Below are positions 39,505-52,733 of a DNA stretch of 64,000 nt, piece after piece. Every line of letters begins with the position of its first letter. Positions within the stretch are counted from its first letter, which is position 1. Source of the DNA: Vicugna vicugna (taxonomy: Eukaryota); assembly GCA_013265495.1 (NCBI GenBank), contig MU058844.1, forward strand, positions 4,641,535 through 4,705,534, written 5' to 3'. Under the pieces are notes generated by a model. It did not search any database. It was not told where the DNA came from and saw only the letters and a program-made list of their open reading frames with translations. A program made the translations under genes and the position numbers.

Positions 39505-40510
39505 GGATGCTTTCTAAAACTATATCTTCAGCCCTGTCATTCCTTCTGACCTTCAGACACATATTTAATTGCCTTCCCAACATTGTTACTTGGATATCTG
39601 TTAGTCAGAACTATTGATGAACCCTGTTCTTTTAATCTACTCTTCCTTTCTTTTCCAATTTCAGTAAGTAACACCATCCTTTATTCAAGTGTCCATGGAA
39701 GAACAGGTGCTATTTTTGATTTCCCCAGCCTACCCGCTTTCAGTTCATCAGCAAGTTCATGTTGAACTAGCCTTCAAAATGCATACCATGCCTGGCCTTT
39801 CCTGCCAGTTCTACCTCTAACTCCTAATCCAAGTGACCCTCACATTGTGCTGAGACCTTCATCTAACAGGTCTTCCTTAACCCATTCTTGTTGTCCTGGC
39901 ATCTATTCTCCACATAGTAGCCAGGGTAATCTTTTAAAAATGAAACTCGATTTGAATTAGTTTTCCCTTAAAAGCCCTCTGACGACTTCTCTCATCATAC
40001 TTATAACAAAATCTAATATCCTATTCATGATTTTATAACCTGGTTGCTGGCTACCTCACTAATTTTGCCTTCAAGTATTCCGCCCCCTACAGATTCCATT
40101 CTGGTTGCACTGCCCTTCTTGCTGTTTCTTGAGAAGTCCAATTTTGTTCCTGCCTCAGAGATTGCACTGTTTGCTGCCTGGAATGTTTTCCCTCCATAAA
40201 GTTGCACTGCTCACACTCTTATTTTAATTCGATTTCTGTGTTGAAAGACCTTCATCACTGTAGTCTTTCCTGTCCCCTCTGTCTGTGTTAGCACCCAGAC
40301 ATGATCCTTTGATACCTATATTTTTTCCAGATTTTGTATCTTTTTCATATCTCTAACCAATTTTGTATTATGTATTTATTTGTTTAACATCATTTTCCTT
40401 ATATTAGAATAAAATCCCCTGAGAGGAGGAATTTTGATTCTCTTGTTTAGATTTTAATACTCAAGAGTCTAGAATAGTGCCTGGTAGCTGTCAGACTCAA
40501 TATTTGCTGG
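39505..40510 (+). mobile_element. L2 LINE, ~1 kb 3' portion
   Basis: 'tatatcttcagccctg...ctgaccttcagacacatatttaattgcc', 'atctattctccacatagtagccagggtaatcttttaaaaat', 'gctgcctggaatgttttccc' and 'tctagaatagtgcctgg...ctcaatatttgctg'. Confidence 0.8.
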
Positions 40511-41579
40511 TGCCATTAGACTTCTGAGGCTCAAACCTTTACAGATGCTTTCAACGCTCTATCCCGGGGAACAATTGCTTCATTTGCTCCAAGGGCAATT
40601 TCTATCCTTTAAGGCCCTTGTTTCTTTTTAACTGTTGTGTATGTGTTTGTGTGGGGGTGAACGTGTCTGTGTGTGTTAAGTTTAAAGCTGTTTTCCCCCA
40701 CAGATGTACCTACAATCAGTTTAGAAATATATACCCTTTCTGAATATTCTCTAAAGAATGCAAACAACTTTCAATCCTCCAGCCCTTGAATATGCAAGCC
40801 ATTGGTAAAAGAAGAACCATGATCCACTGTGCATTTTAATACAGAATAGCCGTGTCAAGTGCTACATTACAATCAGTTGAAAGACATACTAAGGGAAGCT
40901 AAGTTATACACTTCAGGGATAGAGTTTACTGGGAACCACATTAAGTGCTCTGTGTTACAGAAATTGCCATGGCTAGTTTTCCTAACACTGTATCATTTAC
41001 TTACAATAATTGAAGGCAGACAGAAATGAGGATGGACTGGAATGGGATGATGACAACATATATTGGTTCCAAATGGCTTGAGTGTTTCAAACAGAATTTT
41101 ATATTAGGTCTGTCTCTTTATTATATCCAGAGGAACTTGGTATTCTTTTCAGTAAAGGGCCTAGAGAGGCAAATATAAATGGTTATACCAGAATTTACAA
41201 AAATCTACATGATATTATCATCAAAATTTTTTTCTTTTGATTTTTTTTAATTGCTAGAGGGACACCATGAACAATAATGTATTTTATCTTATTTCTTGGG
41301 AGCGGCTTATGTTTAGAAGTTACTTATGTTAATATCCTGTTTGAAATTTGTGGATTTTTTTCCTTTTCAGCCAACTTAAAGAGATTAAGAATTGTGAGTT
41401 TTTTTAAAATATCATTGATTTTAATCAGGTGTCAGAAATATTTCACAAAAAGAGTAATTACAACTTACTTGAACAGAATTATAAAATTATGAAAAATAAT
41501 ATTCTGCTTTTGGAGAATGTATTAGACAATGGGCAAAGAGCATAATTGTAACCTCTTTTATTGTTTTGATGGAATCTAT

Positions 41580-42095
41580 TTTTATTTATTTTTTGCAACA
41601 GCTTTACTGAGCTATAGCTCATATATCAAACAGTGCACCCATTTAAAGTATATAATTGAATGATTCTTAGTGTAATTACAGAGTTGTACAACCATGAACA
41701 ATCAGTTTTAAAACATTTTAATCCTTCTTCAGAGAAACCCTTTATTTGAACAAATGCTTTAGCAGTCACCTTCCATGTCCCCCAACCAGCCCCACCTTTT
41801 CTTTGCAACCACTAATCTACTTCTGTCTCTGGCTTTGCCTGTTTACTTCATGTAAATGGAATCATGCAATATGTAGTCTTTTGTGACTTGATTTAATGTT
41901 TTCTTGGTTCACCTATCTTGTAGCAAGAATCAACACTTTTTTCCTTTTCACTGACAAATAATATTCCCATTGTGTGGATGTACATTTTATTTATCTGTTC
42001 AACAGGTGATGGGCATTTGAGTTGTTTCTTCTCTTTAGCTATGACGAATATGCTGCCACAAACATTCATGTACTAGTTTTTGTGTGGACATATTT

Positions 42096-42154
<59 letters not shown>

Positions 42155-42340
42155 GTCTTTCTGTCTTTCTTTCTGTCTTTCTTTCTGTCTTTCTTTCTGT
42201 CTTTCTTTCTGTCTTTCTGTCTTTCTGTCTTTCTTTTTAAAATTTGGTTATATCAAGGAATAAAATTGCTGAGTCACATGGTAATTCTATCTGATGCTAA
42301 TGATGTTGAGCATCGATTTCATGTACATATTGACCTATTT
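41580..42340 (-). mobile_element. L1MB/MC-like 3' end
   Basis: 'caacagctttactgagctatag...acagagttgtacaaccat...gcaaccactaatctacttctgtctct...aatggaatcatgcaatatgtagtcttttgtgact'. Confidence 0.8.
42094..42238. repeat. Compound tetranucleotide microsatellite (CTTT)14 followed by CTGT/CTTT higher-order units
   Basis: Seen directly. It explains the spurious FLSF ORFs at 42022-42355. Confidence 0.95.
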
Positions 42341-43927
42341 TTATTTCAACGGTAATTCTTCTGCATTGCAATGTGCTTGCTCTATTACTATTTTTGATAT
42401 TTCTCTTCTTTTGTAATCCTGGAAACCACACAGTTAAATTTGTTAGACATATGTCTAAACCAAACTGAGTTTGTGCTCATATGTGTGTCTCTATGGGTTT
42501 ATTGAATAGATTTTGTCATATATGTATAACTTGCCCAGATACCATTTTTGCTTACTTTCCAGTTGTTAATTGTTTCTAGGCAGACTTTTAGATATTGAAA
42601 TGTCGTGCCATTGTTTGAACAGTATGGCTTAATTATAGATTTGACAAGTTTACTGGTAATCTGTTTATGTAAACATAAAACGGCTTATCCTTGGATTTTT
42701 TTCTACTTATATATGCAATTTTCTAATTTAAAAAATAATAAGTATAAGATGGAAATTATTTTAGATTGATAAAGATGATTGTAAACATTAGATGAATAGA
42801 ATTACTTATTTTAAAAGAGTTGGTTAAATTAACTTAGTACTACCTTTTAGGTATTTAAACTTGATTTTGACAATAAAATTACATACTGGATGGAAAAAAT
42901 GATACAAACTAATGGATTCATAAGGGCAGGAGCTGCTGCTTTTCTATGTATTTAATTACAGCCAATATCTGGAGCTTGGAGGAGGTACATTTATTTTTAA
43001 CTAGTGATGCTTCTAACAACTCTATGCTGTCATTTTCTAAAGAGAATATATGAAATAGTTCAGGCTGTTAGCAACAAATATTTTTTCTAATATGCACATA
43101 TCTAAGATTTGATTTTTTCCATTTAAATAGATATTTTAGCAAAATCATACTCATAGAATTAAAATTCCTATCATATTTGACTTATATAATTTTATCTTTA
43201 ATTTTTTTCCTCCTGGGCACAATGCAAGGACTATGTTTCTATATTAGTTTTTGTTAATTTTATTTATGTTTTTATTATTTTAGCAATGAGGGTCAGTTTC
43301 TGTGTCTTCCATTGGTACTATGGAACATGTGACCCAAGCTTTAGAACTTCATCTTCCAATCATTAGTTGAAAAAATGAGATATGCACAAAGATAATTTTA
43401 CTACAGAGGATGAAACTATAATAACATTTTCCCCAGAGTAATTAGAAAAGTTTGTGCCAAGGATCTTTTAGTAATTAGAGATTTTACTTGATTTCTTTCA
43501 CTGCTGACCTAAGAGGCTACCACTGCCATGGACAATTGTGAGATGCAGCTGACTGGCTTATCTGCAATTCTGTGTTAGAGCTCTCCATACCAATTAATTA
43601 AATGCAGTAGCCTTGTAATATAGGACATCTCTAATTCATATATCATGCTTTATTCATATATCATGGTCACTATTCAGGGTGGGAAACTAAAAAAATATAC
43701 CCGGTTTAGAGTGCAGGCTTTCTAAGTGCAACCCGAGCTTGCTGTTAAGTGGTTTGCTGAGTTTAATTTGTGTCTCAGTCCTTCCAAGTAAGAGACAATT
43801 CTTGCACAGTGTCTGTTTGGCTTGACCCTGGTATTTGTCCATTGTCATACCCTTTTCTGTAGCTTTTCAATCAAAGAATAGTGGAAGCATACCTGTAGGA
43901 TGAAATATCTCATATTTGTTGAGTTTG

Positions 43928-44442
43928 TGTTAGGCAACAATTCTTGTGCCTCTTGAGTATCTACATGTCTTATATAGAGGCACTGAAGACTTTTATTCCA
44001 GAATGGTTTTTTTAAAGGAGTTTTTATTATAAGTCAAATAGCTTTGGAAAACAGAGTTTGTGTCTAGCTCTGGAGTAAAGGGCTGAATTATTTTCCTAGC
44101 CAAGATAATGTAGTCTTTCTCTGAGGCAAAGATTTGGCAGATTTACTAGGAGTCCCTTTCAAAGCTTAGGGTTTCTGAAACTCAGGGTTCCTTAGGTGTT
44201 GCACAAGCCTAGTATGTATGTAACATCCATCTAGACTGTTTCTCATCGCCCACCATGAGATTTGGGGACAAAGGAACATGGTGCAGACATGTAGCTAACA
44301 CTGCCTGCTATGCTGTGAGTAATGAAGTCCCATGCTTCTGATCCAGGAGTTCCATGTCTTTTGCCAGCTTCTGTGTAACTGCAGCAGGCTAATTTATTAA
44401 CATGCAGTAGTTAAAATCTCATACTCTTCACAGCTCTTGAAA
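43928..44442 (+). mobile_element. ERVL solo LTR, LTR40-like
   Basis: Start 'tgttaggcaacaattc...gaggcactga' and end 'gctgtgagtaatgaagtcc...tgatccaggagt...gcaggctaatttattaac...aaaatctcatactcttcacagctcttga'. Confidence 0.8.
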
Positions 44443-45339
44443 ACCATGTGAATTTTGAGGCTTTGTGCTGTCCTTCTCCAAAGGGGTACTGCAGGAGAAT
44501 TAGACCTTAGTACCTCAGTATATCTATTATATGCGATGAACTGTCTTTTCTCCTATGCATGTGGAGTGGTGGTATCAGAAATCAGAAAATTGAGAAAGCA
44601 GTCAATCATTATCTTCTATAGGGCTTAATTTTCTCATGGAATCTGATTGAGGACAGCTACATATTCCCAAAGGTAAATGTTTGGCTTCATATCTTCTCTG
44701 ACTGGTTGGTACTGTGAACATCTTTTGTAAGAACAAGATTAGGAATAGTTCTTCAGATGTTCTAGAATAGAACTATAAAATAGAAATATAAAATTTCCTT
44801 CTCAAAAATTGACTGTGTTACTCACTGTCAATATTAGTACTTTAGAGGTGCAGTTCTCATGAGATCTCTATGCTCTAACCTCATGACTTCGATAATAAGT
44901 ATGATATGGAGAGAAAATTCTGGGAGTTAGTAAAACTCTGAGCTGACCTGATGGAAGTGAACCTGAGGAAGGCCACTGAGCAAACCGGCTTTTTGTTTGC
45001 AGACACCATGCTGGAGACTCTCAGGGACCATCTTATATCCTTTGCCCTTTCCTCTCCCCTTTAAGGAAGAATAAACACAGCACCATTATCTCTGCAGAAG
45101 CCAAGGAAATTTAAAGCAGTTTTAGAAAGCTGTCATTATGACATTTCTAAGTAGAAGAAATTCCATCACATTTCTTGTCATTAGAAAGTAATACTTATAA
45201 ATTGATCTTTCCCACTGTATCATAAACCAAACATTGGCTGCTAGCATACAGCTGGTTGTGTATTTGGGAAAAGTTTCTCCACCCAAATGTGGGGGAAAAA
45301 AAAGAAAGCAGGAAAGCAGCTAGGTGTACAGTTTTCCCA

Positions 45340-45903
45340 CTCGCCTTCATCCAATCATCCGCTGATGGACATTTAGATTGCTTCTATGTCTTGGCTATTG
45401 TAAATAGTGCTGCTATGAACATTGGGGTGCATATATCTCTTTGAGTTGGAGTTTTCCCCACATATATGCCCAGGAGTGGGATTGCTGGATCACATGGTAA
45501 GTCTATTTTTAGTTTTTTTAAGGAATCATCATTTTCCATAATGGCTGCACCAAACTACATTCCCACCAACAGTGTAGGAGGGTTCCCTTTTCTTCAGACC
45601 CTCTCCAGCCTTTATTATTTGTGGACTTTCTAATGATGGCCATTCTGACTAGTGTGAGGTGATACCTCATTGTAGTTTTGATTTGCATTTCTCTGATAAT
45701 TAGCGATATTGAGCATTTTTTCACATGCCTATTGGCCATTTCTATGTCTTCATTGGAGAAATGCTTGTTTAGGTCCTCTACCCATTTTTTCATTGGGTTG
45801 TTTATTTTTTTGTTATTGACTTGTATGAGCTGTTTGTATATTCTGGAAATTAAACCCTAAACAGTTGCAACATTTGCAAATATTTTTTCCATTCTGTAGG
45901 CTG
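45340..45903 (-). mobile_element. Relatively young L1 ORF2 C-terminal internal fragment, non-functional
   Basis: ORF 45518-45793 translates to [53 protein letters not shown]...[14 protein letters not shown], the L1 ORF2p C-terminal cysteine-rich region. Confidence 0.95.
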
Positions 45904-46294
45904 AGTAAAGGAAGAATTTGTTTCATATCTAAACCTCTTGTTTTCTGCTGTTGCCCTATTTTCATTCCTCTGGCTCCTGTGCTTTGTTTCACTTTCTCTT
46001 TTTTGTGGAACTTTTTCTGGTGTCCATGACTTTCCTGCAGGCTGGCCTGTTTGCTCCTGTCCCATTCTTCCTAAGCTTCCAGATTTCTAGGAAATCTTGC
46101 TTTCTGTATTTCTTTACCTGTGTTACTTCATTAGTGAAGACGATGGACATTGATTCATAAAATGTCTTGACTTTACTCTTTGCCTTACAAATTTTTTGGC
46201 ATATCCCTCCTTTGCCTTTAGTTACTGCCCATGGCTTGATACTATTCCAACATTTGAAGGATGCTATAATTTTAAAAAATTTGTATGTTTTCTT

Positions 46295-46798
46295 TTTTTA
46301 TTAGAAGTGTAATTGACATATAACAGTTTCAGGTGTACAAAATAATGATTCAACATTTGTAAATATTGTGAAATGATCACCACAGTAAGTCTAGTTAACA
46401 TTCATCACCATACATAGTTACATATATTTTTCTTTCTTGTGATGAGAACATTTAAGATCTATTCTTTTAGCAACTTTTAAATGTACAATACAGTATTATT
46501 AACTATGGTTACTATGCTGTGCATTGCATCCCAATGATTTATGATTTATTTTATAACTGAAAATCTGTACCTTTTGACCCCTTTCACCCATCCCTGACCC
46601 ACAATCTCTGGCAACCACCAACCTGTTCTCTGTATCCATAAGCTTGATTTTATTTTCAGATTCCACATATGAGATCATATGGTAATATGGTAGTTGTCTT
46701 TCTCTGTCTGACTTATTTCACCTAGCATAATGCCTTTATCCATCTGGACTGTTGCAAATGGCAAGGTTTCATTCTTTTTTATGGCCGAATAATATTCC

Positions 46799-46843
<45 letters not shown>

Positions 46844-46875
46844 TCCACATTTTCTTTATCAACTCACTCATAATT
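46295..46875 (-). mobile_element. 5'-truncated L1MA9-like element with TSD
   Basis: L1 3'UTR 'aattgacatataacagtttcaggtgtaca...tgaaatgatcaccacagtaagtctagttaacat'. TSD tatgttttctt at 46284-46294 and 46876-46886. Confidence 0.85.
46801..46838. repeat. (TG)19 microsatellite inside L1
   Basis: Perfect run seen directly. Confidence 0.95.
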
Positions 46876-49738
46876 TATGTTTTCTTACTTATAGTTTTCA
46901 AAATGGTTTAAAATTTAAAATGTTGCAAATTGATGTTAAGCTTTGGCAACTATTCTATGTAAGTTCTACACACTTCCTTGTTAGATGTAATACTGACATA
47001 ATTCTACACAAAGTCTTAAACCCTGATGTTTTAGTAATATATGCATACCTTTTAAATGAGAAAAAAAAATATATATATATATGTATATTCTGTACTGCAG
47101 TTCACTTTGCTGTTTAGTTATTGAGAAGACAAAATATCTCAAGGACTTCTTGAGAATATTTTAGGGCTTCCTCTTTATATTTGATCCCATATTTTTCATG
47201 ATGTTCATAAGTCAAAAAAAGATTTCTGACAATTCTATAAAAGGATTGAAAATGGACTCTAAAACGAAAGTATACAGGTATTACTAGAGTTAATGAAACA
47301 GAAGAAGGACAAGAATATAAGAAGCAAATGATAACTTTAAAAAAAGATTTATGGAAATTGAAAGAAATTGAGGAGTTGTAGAGGTTATTTAACTATGCAG
47401 AGTCAACAACAGCACACATTAGGCTGTAGTAAGATTATACTGATGTTTTTTAGTCACCCAGAATTAAACCTATTCTTCTAAAGCAGTTAATTGTTGAAGA
47501 TGTTAGTGACAACATGAGGAATATCCAAACAAAAGCAACTCATTTGTTTCTTTTCTGTTGTAAAGTATACATTTCTGACTACCCCTGCCACTGTCTAATC
47601 CCGAAAATTGTGCCTAAGGGTAACAGAAATTGCATATTACCACAGAGAGAGACGATAATAATTAAGAGAATCTGTCCTCAGATTCTGAGGCAATGGGAAC
47701 TCATGATGTATCAGTTTGTGTACCTATCCAATGAATTTGAAAATGCTTTTAGCCTCAGGGTCAGTCAGCCAAATTAGAGAAAGTGAGAACTAACAGTTAG
47801 GGTCTCAAAGATATACCTATAATCTGATTTGAGTCAGCACTTCTTATTTAGTTAAAATTTACCATCAAATGCTTGTTAAAGATAGAGAATGCACAGAAAC
47901 AAGTATTGCTAATGAAAAGGGTAGCAGTAAAGAGATATTTGCTCTTGAATGATTGCCAAGTGAGAGATTACAAGTGCTTGACAAGTGCTAAACAATTACG
48001 AGGAAACAGGATTTTCTGGGGAGGGTGGGGTGGGAAATAGATCCATTAGATGAAATAGTTATGAGAATATTTATGGGTGAAATTGGTCATCAGAATATTG
48101 ATAACTCTCAGGTATTGAGCTGCTGGGGGATTGCCACAGAAGTGTCTGTGTAGATAAGCCTCCATAATTACTAACTTTGCATACTAAACCATAATAAAAG
48201 CCAGTTGTAATGTTTCTTATTGATTTTTTCTCTATCATTTTAGTTTAATTGGTTACTTGGACAGTGTTTTACTGTTGGAAACAGGTGTCATTTTTATGTT
48301 TTAAATAAATTGCTTCGTAAAAATTATCTTCATCTTCAAGAGAAATATTTTGACCCTACATTATTTCTGGAAAATTCATACTTTGGCAGAATCACACTTT
48401 GAAATTCAAGCCAGAGCACATTGTAATTTTCTTTTTTCATAAAACTTAATATGGGGTCTAGATCTATTTCAAAATGGGTTTCTTTTTGAAAATATAATAG
48501 GCTGATTAATTTCTTTTATTGATAAGCCCAAATACTTTAGAATGCTGACACCAAAGATAAAACCAAGCTTTAATAAAAAGCTTTAGTTTTTGATACTTTA
48601 GTTAAAAAAGACTTTAATAAAAATTTTAGATTCTGACTTTGTACCAAATATCTTCAAATAAGTCAGAGGAAATATACTGAACCATTGAACTCACCTTAAG
48701 AATCAGGAAAGGGTATGATAATGCTGTTCTAAAAATGTGATTCAAAGCCAGGGAATTAAATTTGTTTCCTTTTCTGTTCACTGTGTACATTCAGAAAGTG
48801 CCAAATATAACTTTAGTCTTTCCAAGTGGTAGTTATTGAGATAATTTTACTATTTCTCCTTTTCTGGAAGATTAATTTTTTCTTTACACATTACTTTTTG
48901 GTTAATTTATAATAAACTCAGCTGAAACAAGTAAATATTTCAAAAACTTTCATATAAACTTTGGTACAATAGTCAGTGAACAGTGTATGGATATCAGATC
49001 AGATCATAAACTTGAAAACCAACTTGGCTATATATTGGCATGTTAATATATATATATATTTTTCCCTCTTAATAATTGCCCTTTTTGGGAGAATATGGTT
49101 CTTAAAAGGTGAAGAAGCAGGAAGATTTTATAAGTAAAACCACTTACAAATTCTGCATAAACTAATCATTAGACTGATTGTTCATAAAAAGTAAAGACAA
49201 CCACTCTTGGATATGGAAGACATAGATACTAAACTTAGGTCTATGACTACAAGACAATGTGAACCCAAGCAACTCACTTAATTGTACTGCGTCCCCAAAT
49301 CTTCATCTGTGAAGTAATTTACTCTTGGAATTATTTTTAGAATTAAATAAGAAGGTGCATGAAAATAAATACCCTGAGAAAAGTATGACTTTCAGAGTAA
49401 AAGGGATATTATTTTGAATTAATAAAATGTTATTTTCTTGTCTTCTTTGGTCAAAAAAGATCTCACAAATAATGTATTAATTTTAATAACTTCTCAATTT
49501 AAATTTGGGCAAATAAATTTTTTTTTAGGAAAATAAGGACAATAGTAATGCTGATCCTTAAAGAGAAGTATTCTTAAAATATTTTGTTTTCTTGCATAAG
49601 TATGTTTTCTTAATTCCTTATTAGACTGTGATTTCCTTGAGAGCAGAAATATTTCTTAAGTGATCAGTCTTTATATAGCACTTTGGGGAATTTTTATAGC
49701 ATTGTATAGGAATATTTTACAAACACAAGGCATGGTAG

Positions 49739-50362
49739 TGATGCAGGAAAACAGATGTGGGGTGTGAGGAGGGCTGTGTCCCAGGCTTCAGTTGAGCCCC
49801 TGGGACGTGCCCCGCCAAATGTGGGTCCTTGGCTTCACGCAGGAAAGAATTCAAGAGTGAGCCACAGTTGAGTAAAGGTAGATTTATTCAGAGAGATACA
49901 TTGAAAGGCAAGAGAAAGGCCGCAAGGTGTGGGTGTTGGGTGCTCAGATTAAAAATGGGTACACACTCCATAGATGGAGTGCAGGCAGTCTCCAAACAGA
50001 GAGAGAGGTGGCTGTGAGGTGCTGTGTTGCTAGTTTTTATGTGCTTGGTGGCTTCATATGCTAATAAGTGGAAGGACCAGTCTAAGTAGCCTGGGGAAGG
50101 GGCTGGGATTCCCAGGAAGTTGGCCATTTCCCACTCTTTGACCTTTTGTGACTAGCCTTTGGACTTCCCTGGTGCCTGTGGGTGTGTTATTCATCATGTT
50201 AATGTATTACAATGGGCTATAATGAAGCTCAAGATCAGCTAGAAGTTAAATCTCTCATCATCCTGAGCCTCAAGGCCTACTAGGGGTTGAATCTTTCACC
50301 ATTTTGATGTTAATTGCTGTAGCATTCCTTGAATGGCTGTGCCCTGCCGCCTTCCTGTGTCA
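49739..50362 (-). mobile_element. Intact solo ERV1-class LTR (MER51/MER41-like, probably lineage-specific)
   Basis: 624 bp, TG...CA ends, perfect 4-bp TSD GTAG (49735-49738 / 50363-50366), AATAAA on the minus strand near 49883, and the ERV1 motif 'cttggcttcacgcaggaaagaattcaagagtgagcc'. Confidence 0.9.
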
Positions 50363-51694
50363 GTAGTACCATTAAGAAATCACTAATATGAAAATTCTGT
50401 TATGAAAAATTATATTTGATAAATAAGTACATTTTCCTTCACCATGACTTTTTAGAATGATAATAGGAGAAACCCACTTAAATGAGATTAAGTGAAATTG
50501 AAGAGTATTTTATAGTATCTTAAAGAATTCTGTCACAAACTGAAAGGCAAGATCTTTCATTGGTCTGATGACTGAGGCAAGGAACTAGAAACCCCAGAGT
50601 AACCAGGCTTCATTGTCTCTCACTTTTAATTCTTTGTGTATCCACAGGCCAATTTCCTCTATTTTTCTGTTCAAAGGGGACATGGAACCTCTGCCATAGG
50701 TGTTAAGTTTATAATTCAGAGTGACAGCAGGGCTTGGCTAGTGTTTGGGACCCTAATCCAAGTTATGGGGTAAAGAGCCTAATTCACCTGACTTGTGTCA
50801 AATGTCCACCGTAAGTACAACTACCTGAGGCAAAGGTAATGGCACTAAACAGTGTTATCTAGGTCCAGGGTCTCAGTCCGTGGGCCCCATGGAACTGAGA
50901 GAGCAGTTCCATGTATTGGTGACTCACAGGTTGAGCATTCATCTTAAATTTAAATTTAGTAGAATCAGTCAGAATGATCTTGGAGGAAATACTGGTTTGA
51001 CTGGGAGATTTAAAAAATCACCTTGTAGGGACTCTTCGACTTATTCGTACATACATCCCCTTTTTCTTAGAGCAAATTAGATCAAATGCTCTTATGATTT
51101 CTATACAAAATATTGGCAAATTGAATTCAGGAGATTTTGAAGAAGATATACTTTAACCAAATAGAGTTTATCTCAAAAATTTCTGGATGATTATATGCAA
51201 ATATGCTATATTAATAGATTAAAGAAGAAAAGCAAATGGTATCTCAATAAATGCATAAAAAATCATTTGATGAAGTTCAACATTCAGGAAAAAAACCTTA
51301 AGCAAATTTGAAATTAGGAAAAGAACTTCTTTATCCTGATGAATAACACCAGTGAAAACCAGTAACAAACATCACACTTAGAGGTGAAACTTCAGAAGTC
51401 TTCTTAGAGTCAAGAAGATGATGAGACTGTGCTCCTAGTCTAAAACTAGTAAACCCTAGTCAAGAAAAGATATAAGAAATGTAAGAATTGGAAAGAAAAG
51501 AGGTAACAATATCCTTATTTGTAGACATGGTTATCTATGTAGAAACTCCAAGAGAATCTATAGACAAATTATTAAATGGGTGTTCTGGGCCTCAGTGATA
51601 ATCAAATAAAAAGTGTAAACAGGAAAAAAATCCCAGTCCCTATAGGAACAAAAACTGTAAGTTACCTAATATGTTTAATAAAGAGGTGCAAATT

Positions 51695-51724
51695 GTGCTC
51701 ACTTCGGCAGCACATATACTAAAA
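51695..51724 (+). pseudogene. RNU6 pseudogene: 3'-truncated (tailless) U6 snRNA retropseudogene, U6 nt 1-30
   Basis: gtgctcacttcggcagcacatatactaaaa vs U6 GTGCTCGCTTCGGCAGCACATATACTAAAA (29/30). Flanked by a TSD-like pair aaagaggtgcaaat (51680-51693) / aaaaaggtacaaat (51723-51736). Confidence 0.9.
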
Positions 51725-52259
51725 AAAGGTACAAATAACTTTGGAGAAAATTTCAAAACACTCAAAGTATAAAAAATAATAAAACCTGTGTATTTATATA
51801 TACATACACTCAGTGTTCATGAATTGAACTACAGTAATTGAATGATGTTGAAATTCCCCCAAATTATCTATAAATTCAGTGCAATACCAATAAAAATTCC
51901 AATAGGATTTATCAAAGCACCAGTTCAGTTGACACCTAGTTTCATAGGGAAAAGCAGAGGAACAAGAAGAATCAAGACAATTTTTAAAATAAGACACAAA
52001 AGAACATACTCTTAAAAAAAAAAGATAGCTAAATTTTGACTACATTAAAGTTAAAAACTCTGTACAAAATCAAAAGTGAAGAGAAAAACCACAGACCAGA
52101 AGACATTTTCCATACCCGTGACTGACAAACTCTAAATATTCATCAGTTTTTCCCTTGAAGAAAAAAAAAAGTTCAACAAATGAAATAAAGAAGGAATAAA
52201 CTAAATTGATATAAATATGTAGTTTCCTTAGAAGAAACCCCAAATTGTCAACAACTATT

Positions 52260-52733
52260 TGTGATAGGCTAAATAATGCCTTCCCCTCCACCATCCTCTC
52301 CCTGCAACAGATGGCCAGATGGTCACGTCCTAAAACCTGTGACTATGTTTCCTCACATGGTAAAAAGGGCTTTGTGTATGTGAATACATTAAGGATTGTA
52401 AAATGGGGAGATATTTCAGATTATCTGGGTGGACCCAATGTAATCACAAGGCTTTTGATAAGAGGAAGGCAGGAGGGTCAGAGAGTAGTAGGAGATAAGG
52501 TGACAGAAGCAAGTGGTTGGAGGAATTGGAGGGAGGGGTCGCAAGCCAAGGAATGCAGGCAGACATTAGAAGCTGAAAAAGGCAAGACAACAAATTCCCC
52601 CTTGAAGTCTCCAGAAGGAATGCAGCCCTACCTATTCATTGCAGGCTTCTGAAGTGTGAGAAAACATATGTGTGTTGTTTTAAGACACTAAGTTTGTGGT
52701 GCTTGGTTACAGTAGTGATGATAAATGAATGTA
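52260..52733 (+). mobile_element. MaLR solo LTR, MLT1D
   Basis: 'tgtgataggctaaataatg...catggtaaaaagggctttg...gattatctgggtggacccaatgtaatcacaagg...aagccaaggaatgcaggc...ctccagaaggaatgcagccct'. Confidence 0.9.

Noticed and set aside
42022..42355. FLSF-repeat ORFs
   Set aside because: Translation of the (CTTT)n microsatellite.
52245..52652. 135-aa plus-strand ORF
   Set aside because: Almost entirely within the MLT1D LTR.
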